A DNA stretch of 41,034 nt, taken from positions 1 to 41,034 of the forward strand of contig JBBRRY010000032.1 in NCBI GenBank assembly GCA_038245905.1. The letters run 5' to 3'. The DNA comes from Thermoanaerobaculia bacterium. GTDB lineage: Bacteria > Acidobacteriota > Thermoanaerobaculia > UBA5066. The notes below the pieces were generated by a model. That model saw only the letters and a program-made list of their open reading frames with translations, had not been told where the DNA came from and did no database searches. The translations under genes were made by a program, and so were the position numbers. Positions 1 to 8,342 of this stretch are shown one piece after another (the first letter of the stretch is position 1; each line of letters starts with the position of its first letter).

Positions 1-1
1 C

Positions 2-256
2 GTCCACGTCGTCTGCTGGGACGGTCGGGCGGGATCGCCCACGCTCGGGCGCCTGAACGAGTTCACGTTGAGCGACCGAAATCCGGGGCTGGTCGTAATA
101 CCGCCGGACGTCTACCACGGCTGGAAGAACATCGGCACGTCTGAGGCCATCGTCGTGAACATGCCGACGCGGCCCTACACGTACGACGTCCCGGACGCTC
201 TCGATCTGCCCTGGGACTCCGAGGCCGCGAAAGCGCTCATTCCTTACAGGTGGTGA
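2..256 (+). CDS. dTDP-4-dehydrorhamnose 3,5-epimerase (RmlC)-like cupin, 5'-truncated by window edge
   Basis: Open frame from base 2: VHVVCWDGRAGSPTLG...LVVIPPDVYHGWKNIG...NMPT. This resembles the RmlC-family D-R-x-x-SPT and IPxGxxHG motifs. Confidence 0.7.
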   Translation, partial: VHVVCWDGRAGSPTLGRLNEFTLSDRNPGLVVIPPDVYHGWKNIGTSEAIVVNMPTRPYTYDVPDALDLPWDSEAAKALIPYRW

Positions 257-378
257 GGAAGGCCGTCCCGCGGCTGCACAAGGCGGAGACGGCCATTGAT
301 CCGCCTGTTCCTTGACTCCCGTATAGGACATGGTTGACCCTGCGACAGATTCTCGTTCTAATTCAGAAGGAGGCACCC

Positions 379-768
379 ATGAATCGTCGCCAGTTCGCCA
401 GCACACTCGGAGCCGCCGTCGCCGGCATCGTCGCCGGAAAGGCCCTTCTCGCCGACAACCCCCCGGCGCCGACGCCGGACAAGAGCAAGGACCACATGTG
501 CGCCGGCCAGAACAAGTGCTCGGGCCAGGGCGGCTGCGCCACGAAGGACCACAAGTGCGCCGGTAAGAACGCGTGTTCGGGCCAGGGCGGCTGCGCTTCG
601 ACCTCGATGCACCACGACTGCGGCGGCAAGAACGGCTGCAAGGGCCAGGGCGGTTGTGGGACCAAGGACCACAAGTGCGCCGGCCAGAACGATTGCAAGG
701 GCAAGGGCGGCTGCGCGGTTCCCGCCAAGAAGAAGATGGCTCCGGCGGCCACCCCGAAGGCCAGCTGA
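379..768 (+). CDS. Cys-rich MNIO-associated RiPP precursor (bufferin BufA2-like) with twin-arginine-type signal peptide, 129 aa
   Basis: AGGAGG at 368-373 precedes ATG 379. N-terminus is MNRRQF plus a hydrophobic stretch ending ALLA. Four HxCxGxNxCxGxGGC units follow. Lies directly upstream of DUF692 and DUF2063 genes. Confidence 0.88.
   Translation: MNRRQFASTLGAAVAGIVAGKALLADNPPAPTPDKSKDHMCAGQNKCSGQGGCATKDHKCAGKNACSGQGGCASTSMHHDCGGKNGCKGQGGCGTKDHKCAGQNDCKGKGGCAVPAKKKMAPAATPKAS
493..714 (+). repeat. Four tandem coding repeats HxCxGxNxCxGxGGC, spaced 57/63/57 nt
   Basis: Units HMCAGQNKCSGQGGC, HKCAGKNACSGQGGC, HDCGGKNGCKGQGGC, HKCAGQNDCKGKGGC. DNA AAGGACCACAAGTGCGCCGG is identical at 544 and 664 and near-identical at 487. 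Confidence 0.92.
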
Positions 769-779
769 ACGCTTCTCCT

Positions 780-1652
780 ATGGGAGACCGTTTCGGACTG
801 CCCGACCTCGGCGTGGGGGTCGGGCTCCGCACGGTCCACTTCGGGCACATTCTGTCGAAGAAGCCCGACGTGGACTTCTTCGAAGCCATCACGGAGAACT
901 TCCTCGATACGGGCGGCCGGCCGCGCCACATCCTCGACCGTGTCGCCGAGCGCTACCCCGTCGTCCTCCACGGCGTCTCGATGTCGATCGGCGGAACCGA
1001 CCCGATCGACCTGGGCTATCTCAAGAAGGTGAAGGCTCTCGCGATGCGGGTCAAGGCGAAGTGGGTCTCGGACCATCTCTGCTTCACGGGCGTATCGGGC
1101 CGGAACACGCACGACCTCCTGCCGCTGCCCTACACCGAGGAGACGTTGCGCCACGTCACCGCGCGCGTCCGGAGGGTCTCGGAGGTCCTCGAACAGCCGC
1201 TCGTCCTCGAAAACCCGTCCTCCTACCTGGAGTTCAGATCTTCGACGATGTCCGAAGCCGCGTTCTTCGCGCGCCTCCTGAAGGACGCCGACTGCGGGAT
1301 GCTCCTCGACGTGAACAACGTCTACGTCAGCTCCGTCAACCACGGCTTCGACCCCGTCGCTTACCTCGATGTGCTGCCGGCCGACCGCGTCGTTCAGTAC
1401 CACCTCGCCGGACACACCGACAAGGGAACTCATCTCCTCGATACGCACAGTGCGCGCATGAAGAAGGAAGTCTGGGCGCTCTACGCACATGCGATCGCCC
1501 GCACGGGGCCGCGCGCCACCCTCTACGAATGGGACGAGGACATTCCCTCTTTCGCGACTGTCCATCGCGAGGCGAAGAAGGCCCTGAAGTACCGGCCGCC
1601 GCTCGGACGCCAGCACCCGATCGAGGCCACTCGCCGGACCGCCCATGGCTGA
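780..1652 (+). CDS. Multinuclear non-heme iron oxidative enzyme (MNIO, DUF692/UPF0276; BufB/HvfB-like RiPP maturase)
   Basis: GVGLR N-terminus, ENF, LHGVSMSIG, and iron-ligand motifs SDHLC, LENPSSY, LLDVNNVY, YHLAGH, LDTH, LYEWD. ATG 780 chosen over the track start 573, which overlaps the precursor. Confidence 0.93.
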   Translation: MGDRFGLPDLGVGVGLRTVHFGHILSKKPDVDFFEAITENFLDTGGRPRHILDRVAERYPVVLHGVSMSIGGTDPIDLGYLKKVKALAMRVKAKWVSDHLCFTGVSGRNTHDLLPLPYTEETLRHVTARVRRVSEVLEQPLVLENPSSYLEFRSSTMSEAAFFARLLKDADCGMLLDVNNVYVSSVNHGFDPVAYLDVLPADRVVQYHLAGHTDKGTHLLDTHSARMKKEVWALYAHAIARTGPRATLYEWDEDIPSFATVHREAKKALKYRPPLGRQHPIEATRRTAHG

Positions 1653-2469
1653 GCTGGCCCGGCTCGAGCGCTGGATGCAGGCCGTCATCGTGCATCCGGG
1701 CAGCGTCGAGGCTGCCGTGCGCGCGCGCTCCGCGACGCGGCACATGAGGGTCTCCGGCGCGCGCCGCGCGATCCTCCCCTCGAAGACGATGACGCCTCTC
1801 GAACGGCTCGCCGTTTACCAGGACATGTATCCGCTCCGGATGCGGGACGCCCTCTCCGCCGACTATCCCGGCCTCGCGGCGTTCCTCGGGCACGCGCACT
1901 TTTTCGATTTCGTCCTCGCGTACGTCGCGGTCCATCCCTCCCGCAGCTACACATTCGCGCGCCTGGGCGACCACGTGCCCGTGTTCCTGAGGAAGACGCG
2001 CCGCTTCGTTCCGGCGGCGTTTCTCTTCGACCTCGCCCGGCTCGAGCAGGCGATCAGCCAGGTTTTCGAACTCGACGAGAAGGACGCCAGGTCCGCGACG
2101 CCTGCCGCGCCTCCACTCCACCTCGCCGCCACGGATTGGGCGTCGCGTCGATTTGCGGTGAGCCCGACGCTGCGGCTTCTCTCATTCCGTCACGGCGTCG
2201 GACCTGCCCTCGACGCCTTGAAGGCCGGCGATCGCCCGAACACGCGCCCTCGTGCGTCGTGGGTCGCCGTGCATCGGCGCCGCTACTCCGTCTATCGTGT
2301 GGACCTCCAGCGCGCGGAATTTCATCTCCTCGAAACGCTCGCGAAGGGGTGGACGCTGGGGGCGGCCGTTCGCGACGCCGACCGACGGAACGGGAAACCT
2401 CTCTCGCCCGCCGCCGTCACGCGCGCTTTCCGCACGTTCACCGCGAAAGGCCTGCTGGGAGAGACTTGA
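1645..2469 (+). CDS. DUF2063-family MNIO partner protein (BufC/HvfC-like)
   Basis: RLAVYQDMY...L...YP...F...YV..HPS.S......G...P.FL...DLARLE pattern. Overlaps the DUF692 stop by 8 nt. Confidence 0.85.
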   Translation: MAELARLERWMQAVIVHPGSVEAAVRARSATRHMRVSGARRAILPSKTMTPLERLAVYQDMYPLRMRDALSADYPGLAAFLGHAHFFDFVLAYVAVHPSRSYTFARLGDHVPVFLRKTRRFVPAAFLFDLARLEQAISQVFELDEKDARSATPAAPPLHLAATDWASRRFAVSPTLRLLSFRHGVGPALDALKAGDRPNTRPRASWVAVHRRRYSVYRVDLQRAEFHLLETLAKGWTLGAAVRDADRRNGKPLSPAAVTRAFRTFTAKGLLGET

Positions 2470-2482
2470 GAGCGCCGGGCCG

Positions 2483-2716
2483 TCAGGGCTTCGGCGCGGG
2501 CGGCGGGAGGTCGCGCGCAGGCGTGTCCGATTGGAAGCCGGCGCGGTTGTGGGATCCGTCGCAAAAAGGCTTGTTCGCGGAATGGCCGCAGCGGCACAGG
2601 CTGATCGTCGTGCGGCCGCCGAGCCCGAATGGCTTTCCCGTGCCGTCCGCGAGCGTGATCTCCCCGCTTACGAGGAGAGGCCCGTTGGGTTTGACCTGAA
2701 TTTTCACGTCACTCAT
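2483..2716 (-). CDS. CDGSH iron-sulfur domain protein
   Basis: NGPLLVSG followed by LCRCGHSANKPFCDGSH. ATG 2716 overlaps the upstream stop (ATGA). This is the C-terminal part of track ORF 2483..3814. Confidence 0.9.
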   Translation of the reverse strand: MSDVKIQVKPNGPLLVSGEITLADGTGKPFGLGGRTTISLCRCGHSANKPFCDGSHNRAGFQSDTPARDLPPPAPKP

Positions 2717-3210
2717 TTCTTGACCCCCGGCTTTTTCTCGAGTTCGAGGAGGCGTTTCTTCCCTGTCCTGAGGAACTCGACGGCCGCCCCGCGCCCCTCC
2801 CAACCCTCGAGCGTCACGTTCGCGGCGAGGTTCGGGCGCGAGACGACGAGCGTCGGGAACCCGCGAAGCCCGTAGCGATCCGCGAGCGCGAGCATCTCGG
2901 GCGCGTTCTTGCCCGTCTCGCGGGCGCGGTCCTGGACGACGATCGGCACGAAGTCCTTCTCGACCTGCGCCGCGACCTCGGGCACCCGGAACACCTGATC
3001 TTCGAGCAGGTGGCACGGCCCGCACCAGGCCGCCGTGAAAAAATAGAGCGCGGGCTTGCCGCTCTTTTTCGCCTCGACCTCCCCAGCCGCAATCGCGCGC
3101 CACTTGACGAGGCTTTGGGGCCGGTCCGCGGCACGGGAGGAAGATGTGAGGACAATGGCGGCGAGGACGAGTGCGCCCATCGGGCGCCGGAAATCGGAGA
3201 CTCCGGACAT
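2713..3210 (-). CDS. Exported thioredoxin-fold protein (WCGPC)
   Basis: Hydrophobic signal-like N-terminus, A...GKPALYFFTAAWCGPC, and GFPT cis-Pro loop. Confidence 0.85.
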   Translation of the reverse strand: MSGVSDFRRPMGALVLAAIVLTSSSRAADRPQSLVKWRAIAAGEVEAKKSGKPALYFFTAAWCGPCHLLEDQVFRVPEVAAQVEKDFVPIVVQDRARETGKNAPEMLALADRYGLRGFPTLVVSRPNLAANVTLEGWEGRGAAVEFLRTGKKRLLELEKKPGVKK

Positions 3211-3219
3211 GCGCGAATG

Positions 3220-5214
3220 TTAGCGCGGCGCCAAAGACGGCGGGGAAATGCCCGGCGGGCCCTCGGGGATCTCGGCAAGGAGCTCGCGAAGGCTGCCCGG
3301 CCACCGGCCCGGCGGCTGGGTGAGCGCGGCGCGCACCGCGGGCGTCCGGATCCCGCCCGCGGCCTCGCGAAGAAGGCTCGACGCGAGCAGGTCCTGGCCC
3401 TGATCCCGCGCCCGCAGCGCTTGTGCCAGGAGGACGACGGGCGCGTTCTGAACCCGGTCCGGCAGAGCCTGGAGAAACGCGCGCGCGGCCTCGTCCTGAC
3501 CGGAAAGGCGCAACGCCTCTATCCGGAGCGCCGCCGTGTAGCCGGAAGGCGCGAGGTCGAACAGAGTGGCGGCAAAACGCGCGGCCCGATCGGGGCGGCC
3601 GACGTCCAGACTGCGCATCGTCTGGTCTGCGAGGCCCGCGAACCAGGCCGGGTAGTACGCGCCTGGAGGCTCGCCCCGGGGGCGCGAGACGCTCATGAAG
3701 AGGTGGGGCCAGCGAAACGGGGTCGTGAGGTAGTTCGCGAGCGGCGTCTGCGTCGTGATGCTCGGCGAGGTCTGCGGCAGCTTCGGGACCGCGTCCGGGT
3801 GCCGGTCGAGCCACGGGGGCCGCAGGATGCGCTCCCGGCGAGCGTCGATGTCGAGGTTCGCGAGGCGCGCGCGGAGCAGGAAGGGATGCAGGCGCAGGCC
3901 CGAGAACGCCGCGTCCGACGCGGCGGACACGTAGCGCGGCAGCCAGTAAACGCCCTCACGGCTGGGCGGGGGCCGGAACGACACCGGATATTCCTCGTAG
4001 AGAGTTGGCGACACCGGCGCGAAGCCGGTCGAGGATAAATAGAAGAACGAAGCTGCCTCGGCCTGCAGGGTGCCGAGGGCGTTGACGGCAACCCCGAGGG
4101 CGAGCAGCGCCGCGCCCGCAATGCGGAGCGTCCCCGAGGTCGCAGCGGCTCCGGCGGCGGCCGCGAGCAGCGGGACGGCCGGCACGAGAAAGCGCGGCCC
4201 CCAGCCGCTGCATCCGTCCCAGGCCCACCACTGCCCATAGAGCGCGAGAAGGCCCGCGACGAGCGCGAGCGTCGCGACGGCCGGCCCGCGTGTTCGCACG
4301 CGCCGCGCGAGGACGGCGAGCCCGCCGAACGCGAGGACGCCGAGCGGGAAGTACAGGAGAAGACCCTTGTTCGGACCAACGAGGAGGCGCCAGGCGCCGT
4401 CGACGAGCGGATGGGAGAACGCCTGGCCTCGCGCGTACGAGGAGAACGGCTTCCCGAAGCGAGCAAACTCGAACGCGAGCATTGCCGCGACCGGGAGAAA
4501 CGCGCCGGCCGCGGCCGCTCCCCAGACCTTCAGCCTCTCGCGCGCCGGCGGCCATACGCCGCAGGCGAGCGGAAGGAGCGCGAGCGGGACGAAGAGAAGG
4601 TTCACGACCTTCGTGAGGACGAGCCAGCCCGCAAAAGCGCCTGCGAGGGCCGCGAATCGGAGCGCGGCGCGTCCCCCTGCGCCCTTGGCGCGCTCTGCGA
4701 AGAGGACCGCGAAGACGAGGCAAACGGCCTGGAGAGGCTCCGTGAACCCGGTGGCCGTGTACGCCCAGAGGGGCGAACCGACCGCGGCCCCGAAGACGGC
4801 GAGCCCCTGCCCGAAGGCGCCGGCGCCGAGGTCTCGCGCGAGGAGGCCCGCGCCAGCGGCGGCGGTCGTCACGAGGAGCACCTGAAGGAAGACGAAGAGC
4901 GTCTGGGAAGTTCGAGCGCCGAAGCGCGCCTCCCACGGGCCCGCGAGGAGCGCGAACGGGACCTCGAGAAGGGGGAGGCCCATCCCGTAGGGGGACACGG
5001 CGTCGCCCCCTGCACGTGGGATCGCGAACGTCTGTCCGCGTGAGATCCCGAGCTCGCCCGTCGTCGCGATCGAGATCGCCGTGTGGAGCATTTGCTGCTC
5101 GTCGCTCACGGTCCCGAACGTGCGCTCCTCGGCCGTGGCCGCGAGCAGGACGAACGCGGCGACGACCGCGAGCCTGAGGGAGAGCGCGCTCTCTCTCAGG
5201 GGTGTCCGTGCCAT
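3220..5214 (-). CDS. Polytopic membrane protein, GT-C (PMT/ArnT-like) glycosyltransferase fold, with helical/TPR-like C-terminus
   Basis: SDE motif after the first TM, many TM segments, WWAWDG..GWGPRFL motif, Ala/Leu-rich helical tail. Confidence 0.6.
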   Translation of the reverse strand: MARTPLRESALSLRLAVVAAFVLLAATAEERTFGTVSDEQQMLHTAISIATTGELGISRGQTFAIPRAGGDAVSPYGMGLPLLEVPFALLAGPWEARFGARTSQTLFVFLQVLLVTTAAAGAGLLARDLGAGAFGQGLAVFGAAVGSPLWAYTATGFTEPLQAVCLVFAVLFAERAKGAGGRAALRFAALAGAFAGWLVLTKVVNLLFVPLALLPLACGVWPPARERLKVWGAAAAGAFLPVAAMLAFEFARFGKPFSSYARGQAFSHPLVDGAWRLLVGPNKGLLLYFPLGVLAFGGLAVLARRVRTRGPAVATLALVAGLLALYGQWWAWDGCSGWGPRFLVPAVPLLAAAAGAAATSGTLRIAGAALLALGVAVNALGTLQAEAASFFYLSSTGFAPVSPTLYEEYPVSFRPPPSREGVYWLPRYVSAASDAAFSGLRLHPFLLRARLANLDIDARRERILRPPWLDRHPDAVPKLPQTSPSITTQTPLANYLTTPFRWPHLFMSVSRPRGEPPGAYYPAWFAGLADQTMRSLDVGRPDRAARFAATLFDLAPSGYTAALRIEALRLSGQDEAARAFLQALPDRVQNAPVVLLAQALRARDQGQDLLASSLLREAAGGIRTPAVRAALTQPPGRWPGSLRELLAEIPEGPPGISPPSLAPR

Positions 5215-5789
5215 CGAGCCGCCTGCGGCCGGCCCCCGCCGTCAAGGGCTCGCCGCACGGCCGCCACGGGCTCCGTCTCGACGCTGAAGTATTCGGCCCC
5301 GTCCCGCGCGAACCCCTCGTCCGCTAGATGCCGCAAAGCGGCAATGAGCGGGTCGAAAAAGCCGGAGCCGTTGAAAAGGACGATCGGCCGCTCATGATGG
5401 CCGAGCTGACGCCATGTGACGATCTCGAAGAACTCGTCCAGCGTTCCGAAGCCCCCCGCGAGCGCGAGAAACCCGCTGGCGATCTCCGCCATCCGGGCCT
5501 TGCGCTCGTGCATCGTCGCGACGATCTCGAGCTGCGTGAGCCCGTGGTGCGCGACCTCCTTCGCCGCAAGGCCCGCGGGGATGACGCCAAGAACGGGCGC
5601 GCCTTCTTCGAGCGCGGCGTCCGCCATGACGCCCATGAGCCCGACGCGCCCGCCGCCGTATACCAGTCCCGCTCCGGCGCGCGCGATCGCGCGCCCGATC
5701 GCGGCGGCATTTTCCGCGTGCACCGGAGCAAGGCCCGGCCGCGCGCCGCAGAACACAGTGAGCATCGGCCTGTCGAACGTCATCGTCAT
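5196..5789 (-). CDS. LOG family nucleotide phosphoribohydrolase (TIGR00730-like)
   Basis: VFCGA, LVYGGGRVGLMG, MHERK and AGGFGTLDE motifs. Start is ATG 5789 or 5783. Confidence 0.9.
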   Translation of the reverse strand: MTMTFDRPMLTVFCGARPGLAPVHAENAAAIGRAIARAGAGLVYGGGRVGLMGVMADAALEEGAPVLGVIPAGLAAKEVAHHGLTQLEIVATMHERKARMAEIASGFLALAGGFGTLDEFFEIVTWRQLGHHERPIVLFNGSGFFDPLIAALRHLADEGFARDGAEYFSVETEPVAAVRRALDGGGRPQAARWHGHP

Positions 5790-5835
5790 GCCGAGAATGA
5801 TGCCCGATCCCGACGCGTGCGGTAAGGTCGTCTGG

Positions 5836-6429
5836 ATGACGGCCCCCAAGCCTTCCAACCCGTCCGACCCGGCCCGGGCGGCACTCTCTCGCGCGCTCCG
5901 GAAACACGTTCCCGCCGATCCCGAGGAAGCCGCTGACCGCGACGCCATCCTCCGTCTCGTCGAAACGGAGCAGGCGTGCTTCTCGCGGAATACGTTCACG
6001 CCCGGGCACGTCACGGGAAGCGCCTTCGTCGTCTGCCCCATGACGGGCCTCGTCCTCCTGCACCACCACCGCCGGTTGGACGCCTGGCTCCAGCTGGGCG
6101 GCCATGACGAGGGCGAGCACGACCCCCGGGCGACCTCGCTCCGCGAGGCGGCAGAGGAATCGGGGCTGCGCGATCTCTTGCTCCTGTCGGACGAGATTCT
6201 CGACCTCGACGTCCATCCGATCCCCGCCGGCAAAGGCGAGCCCCCGCACCTTCACCACGACGTGCGGTATGTGCTCGCGACGGAGGCGCCCCGGTCCATC
6301 CACCGCGACGCCGCCGAGTCCATCGACCTCCGCTGGTTCACGCTCGGGGAGGCCGCGGAGAAGATGAACGAGCCCGGCGGCCGACGTGCCCTCAACCGGA
6401 TCGCGGCGCTCCTCGCGGCCCGCCGCTGA
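5836..6429 (+). CDS. NUDIX hydrolase
   Basis: GHVTGSA, LLHHHRRL..WLQLGGH, Nudix box GGHDEGE...SLREAAEESGL, DLDVHPIP, HxHHDVRY. Confidence 0.88.
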   Translation: MTAPKPSNPSDPARAALSRALRKHVPADPEEAADRDAILRLVETEQACFSRNTFTPGHVTGSAFVVCPMTGLVLLHHHRRLDAWLQLGGHDEGEHDPRATSLREAAEESGLRDLLLLSDEILDLDVHPIPAGKGEPPHLHHDVRYVLATEAPRSIHRDAAESIDLRWFTLGEAAEKMNEPGGRRALNRIAALLAARR

Positions 6430-6432
6430 CTC

Positions 6433-8280
6433 TCAGGCGCCGGCCGGCCCGGCTTCCGGTGCGGCGTCTCCGCTCTCGGCGTCCCGGTACATCTGTTCGA
6501 TGACGTCCCGGTACTTCTCGGCGATGACGCGCCTCTTGACCTTCATCGTGGGCGTGAGCTCGCCGGTCTCGATCGTGAAGTCGTCCGTGAGAAGAGTGAA
6601 TGCGCGAATCTGTCGTTCGTGGGGCTCGTCTCCGTTCAAAATGTCGATCGCCTGCCGGACGAGCGAAAGGACCTTCGGGTCGTTCACGAGCTCGTCATGA
6701 TCGCGATACGTCAGGCCCGCGGAGCCCGCCCAGGCCTCGAGCTTCTCGAAGTCAGGGACGATGAGGGCCGCGAGGAACTTCTGGCGATCGCCGATGAGCA
6801 CGGCTGACGCGATGTACCGCACCGATTTCAACGCAGCCTCGATCGGTGCCGGCGCGATGTTCTTGCCATACGCGTTGATCAGGATTTCCTTCTTCCGGTC
6901 CGTGAGCGAAAGAAAGCCCTCCGCGTCGAAAGAGCCGACGTCCCCCGTCAAGAACCACCCGTCCTCGTCGAAGACTTTCGCCGTCTCCTCGCTTTTTCTC
7001 CAGTAGCCGCCCTCCATGACGTTCGGTCCCTTGGCCAGCACCTCGCCGTCCGCGGCGAGCCGCAGCGTGACGCCCGGGATCGCTCGCCCCACCGTGCCGA
7101 GGCGCCACTCGCCGGGACGATTGCACGCGAGGACGGGGCTCGTCTCCGTGAGACCGTAGCCTTCGTAGACTTCCACGCCGGCGCCCAGGAAGAACGCCGC
7201 CACCTCCCGGGACAGGGGCGCGCCCCCCGAGATGGCGAAGCGGAAGCGGCCGCCGAGGCGGGCCTTGATCTTCCCGAAGACGAGCCGATCGGCGACCGCG
7301 TACCGAAGCCGGAGAAAAGGTCCCGGAACTCTTCCTGCATCGAGGATCGCGAGGCGCCGGGCGCCCGTCTTCACCCCCCAGGAAAAAATCGCGCGCCTGA
7401 GCGCCGGAGCCTTGTCGACGGCAGCCTGGACACGCGCGAGCATCTTCTCGTAGACGCGCGGCACGGCAGCGAAGCAATGGGGCTTTACCTCGGCGAAGCT
7501 CTCCGAGAGCTTGTCGATCGACTCGGCATACGTGATGGTCGCGGCGCGCGAAAAGTAGAGGTAGTCGACCATGCGCTCGAACACATGCGAGAGAGGCAGG
7601 AACGAAAGGGCCAGGGTGTCTCTCTGGACGTCGAAGAGCGCCGAACACGCCGACACGTTCGACACGAAATTCTCATGCGTGAGAATGGCACCCTTGGGCT
7701 CTCCCGTGGTGCCTGACGTGTAAATCATCGTCGCGAGATCGCCCGGAAGGACGGCCGACGCGCGCTCTTCGAAGGCGCCCGGGTCGGCGCGCAACGCCGC
7801 GAGTCCTTTCTGGACGACGGTCTCGAAGGGCGTGGCATTTCCCGAGCTCCACGGCACGTTGTCGACGACGATCACATGCCGTAGATCCGGGCATCGATCG
7901 CGCACGTCCACGACCTTCTGAAGCTCGATCGCGTTCGACACGAAGACGACCTTGGCAAGGGAGTCACGGAGGATGTACTCGACCTGCGGCGCGAGATAGC
8001 TCGTGTAGATCGGCACGGTCAGCGCGCCGAGCGCGAGCGCCGCGAAATCCGCCATCGGCCACTCGGGCCGGTTCTCGGAAAGGATCGCGACCCGATCTTC
8101 CCGGTCGACCCCGAGGAGCGCGAGGCCGAGCGCGAGCCCCTGCGTGCGCTCGCCGAACTCAGCCGCCGAGAGCGGGGTCCAGGACCCGCCGATCTTGGAA
8201 ACGAGCAGTTCTGCCTTCCCGCTCGAGGCCGCGAAGCGGAAGTAGTCCAGGAGAGTCTTCGCGGGAAGCGGTTCGAGCAC
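6433..8280 (-). CDS. fadD: Long-chain fatty-acid--CoA ligase (AMP-dependent synthetase)
   Basis: YTSGTTGEPKG, FLPLSHVFER, ISGGAPL, YEGYGLTE, TGDVG, GELTPTMK. GGAG RBS precedes the GTG start. Confidence 0.9.
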   Translation of the reverse strand: MLEPLPAKTLLDYFRFAASSGKAELLVSKIGGSWTPLSAAEFGERTQGLALGLALLGVDREDRVAILSENRPEWPMADFAALALGALTVPIYTSYLAPQVEYILRDSLAKVVFVSNAIELQKVVDVRDRCPDLRHVIVVDNVPWSSGNATPFETVVQKGLAALRADPGAFEERASAVLPGDLATMIYTSGTTGEPKGAILTHENFVSNVSACSALFDVQRDTLALSFLPLSHVFERMVDYLYFSRAATITYAESIDKLSESFAEVKPHCFAAVPRVYEKMLARVQAAVDKAPALRRAIFSWGVKTGARRLAILDAGRVPGPFLRLRYAVADRLVFGKIKARLGGRFRFAISGGAPLSREVAAFFLGAGVEVYEGYGLTETSPVLACNRPGEWRLGTVGRAIPGVTLRLAADGEVLAKGPNVMEGGYWRKSEETAKVFDEDGWFLTGDVGSFDAEGFLSLTDRKKEILINAYGKNIAPAPIEAALKSVRYIASAVLIGDRQKFLAALIVPDFEKLEAWAGSAGLTYRDHDELVNDPKVLSLVRQAIDILNGDEPHERQIRAFTLLTDDFTIETGELTPTMKVKRRVIAEKYRDVIEQMYRDAESGDAAPEAGPAGA

Positions 8281-8342
8281 GTTCTTCGCTCCATTATGCC
8301 GGAGAAAACTCTCCGCGAACTCGCAGAGGATATCCTTGCACC

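Noticed and set aside
296-362. Possible CueR/CsoR-type operator or sigma70 promoter for the RiPP operon (TTGACT 312-317, TCCCGTATAGGA, TTGACC-N17-TCTAAT)
   Set aside because: The dyad is weak and the -10 candidates lack conserved positions or place the start inside the RBS. Not supportable without TSS data.
766-768. Possible selenocysteine recoding in the MNIO precursor
   Set aside because: All 12 repeat Cys codons are TGC/TGT. The only TGA follows a Lys/Ala-rich tail, and readthrough adds no repeat.
573-779. N-terminal extension of DUF692 in the ORF track, suggesting a precursor-enzyme fusion or overlap
   Set aside because: It is an off-frame reading of the precursor. The DUF692 family N-terminus begins at ATG 780.
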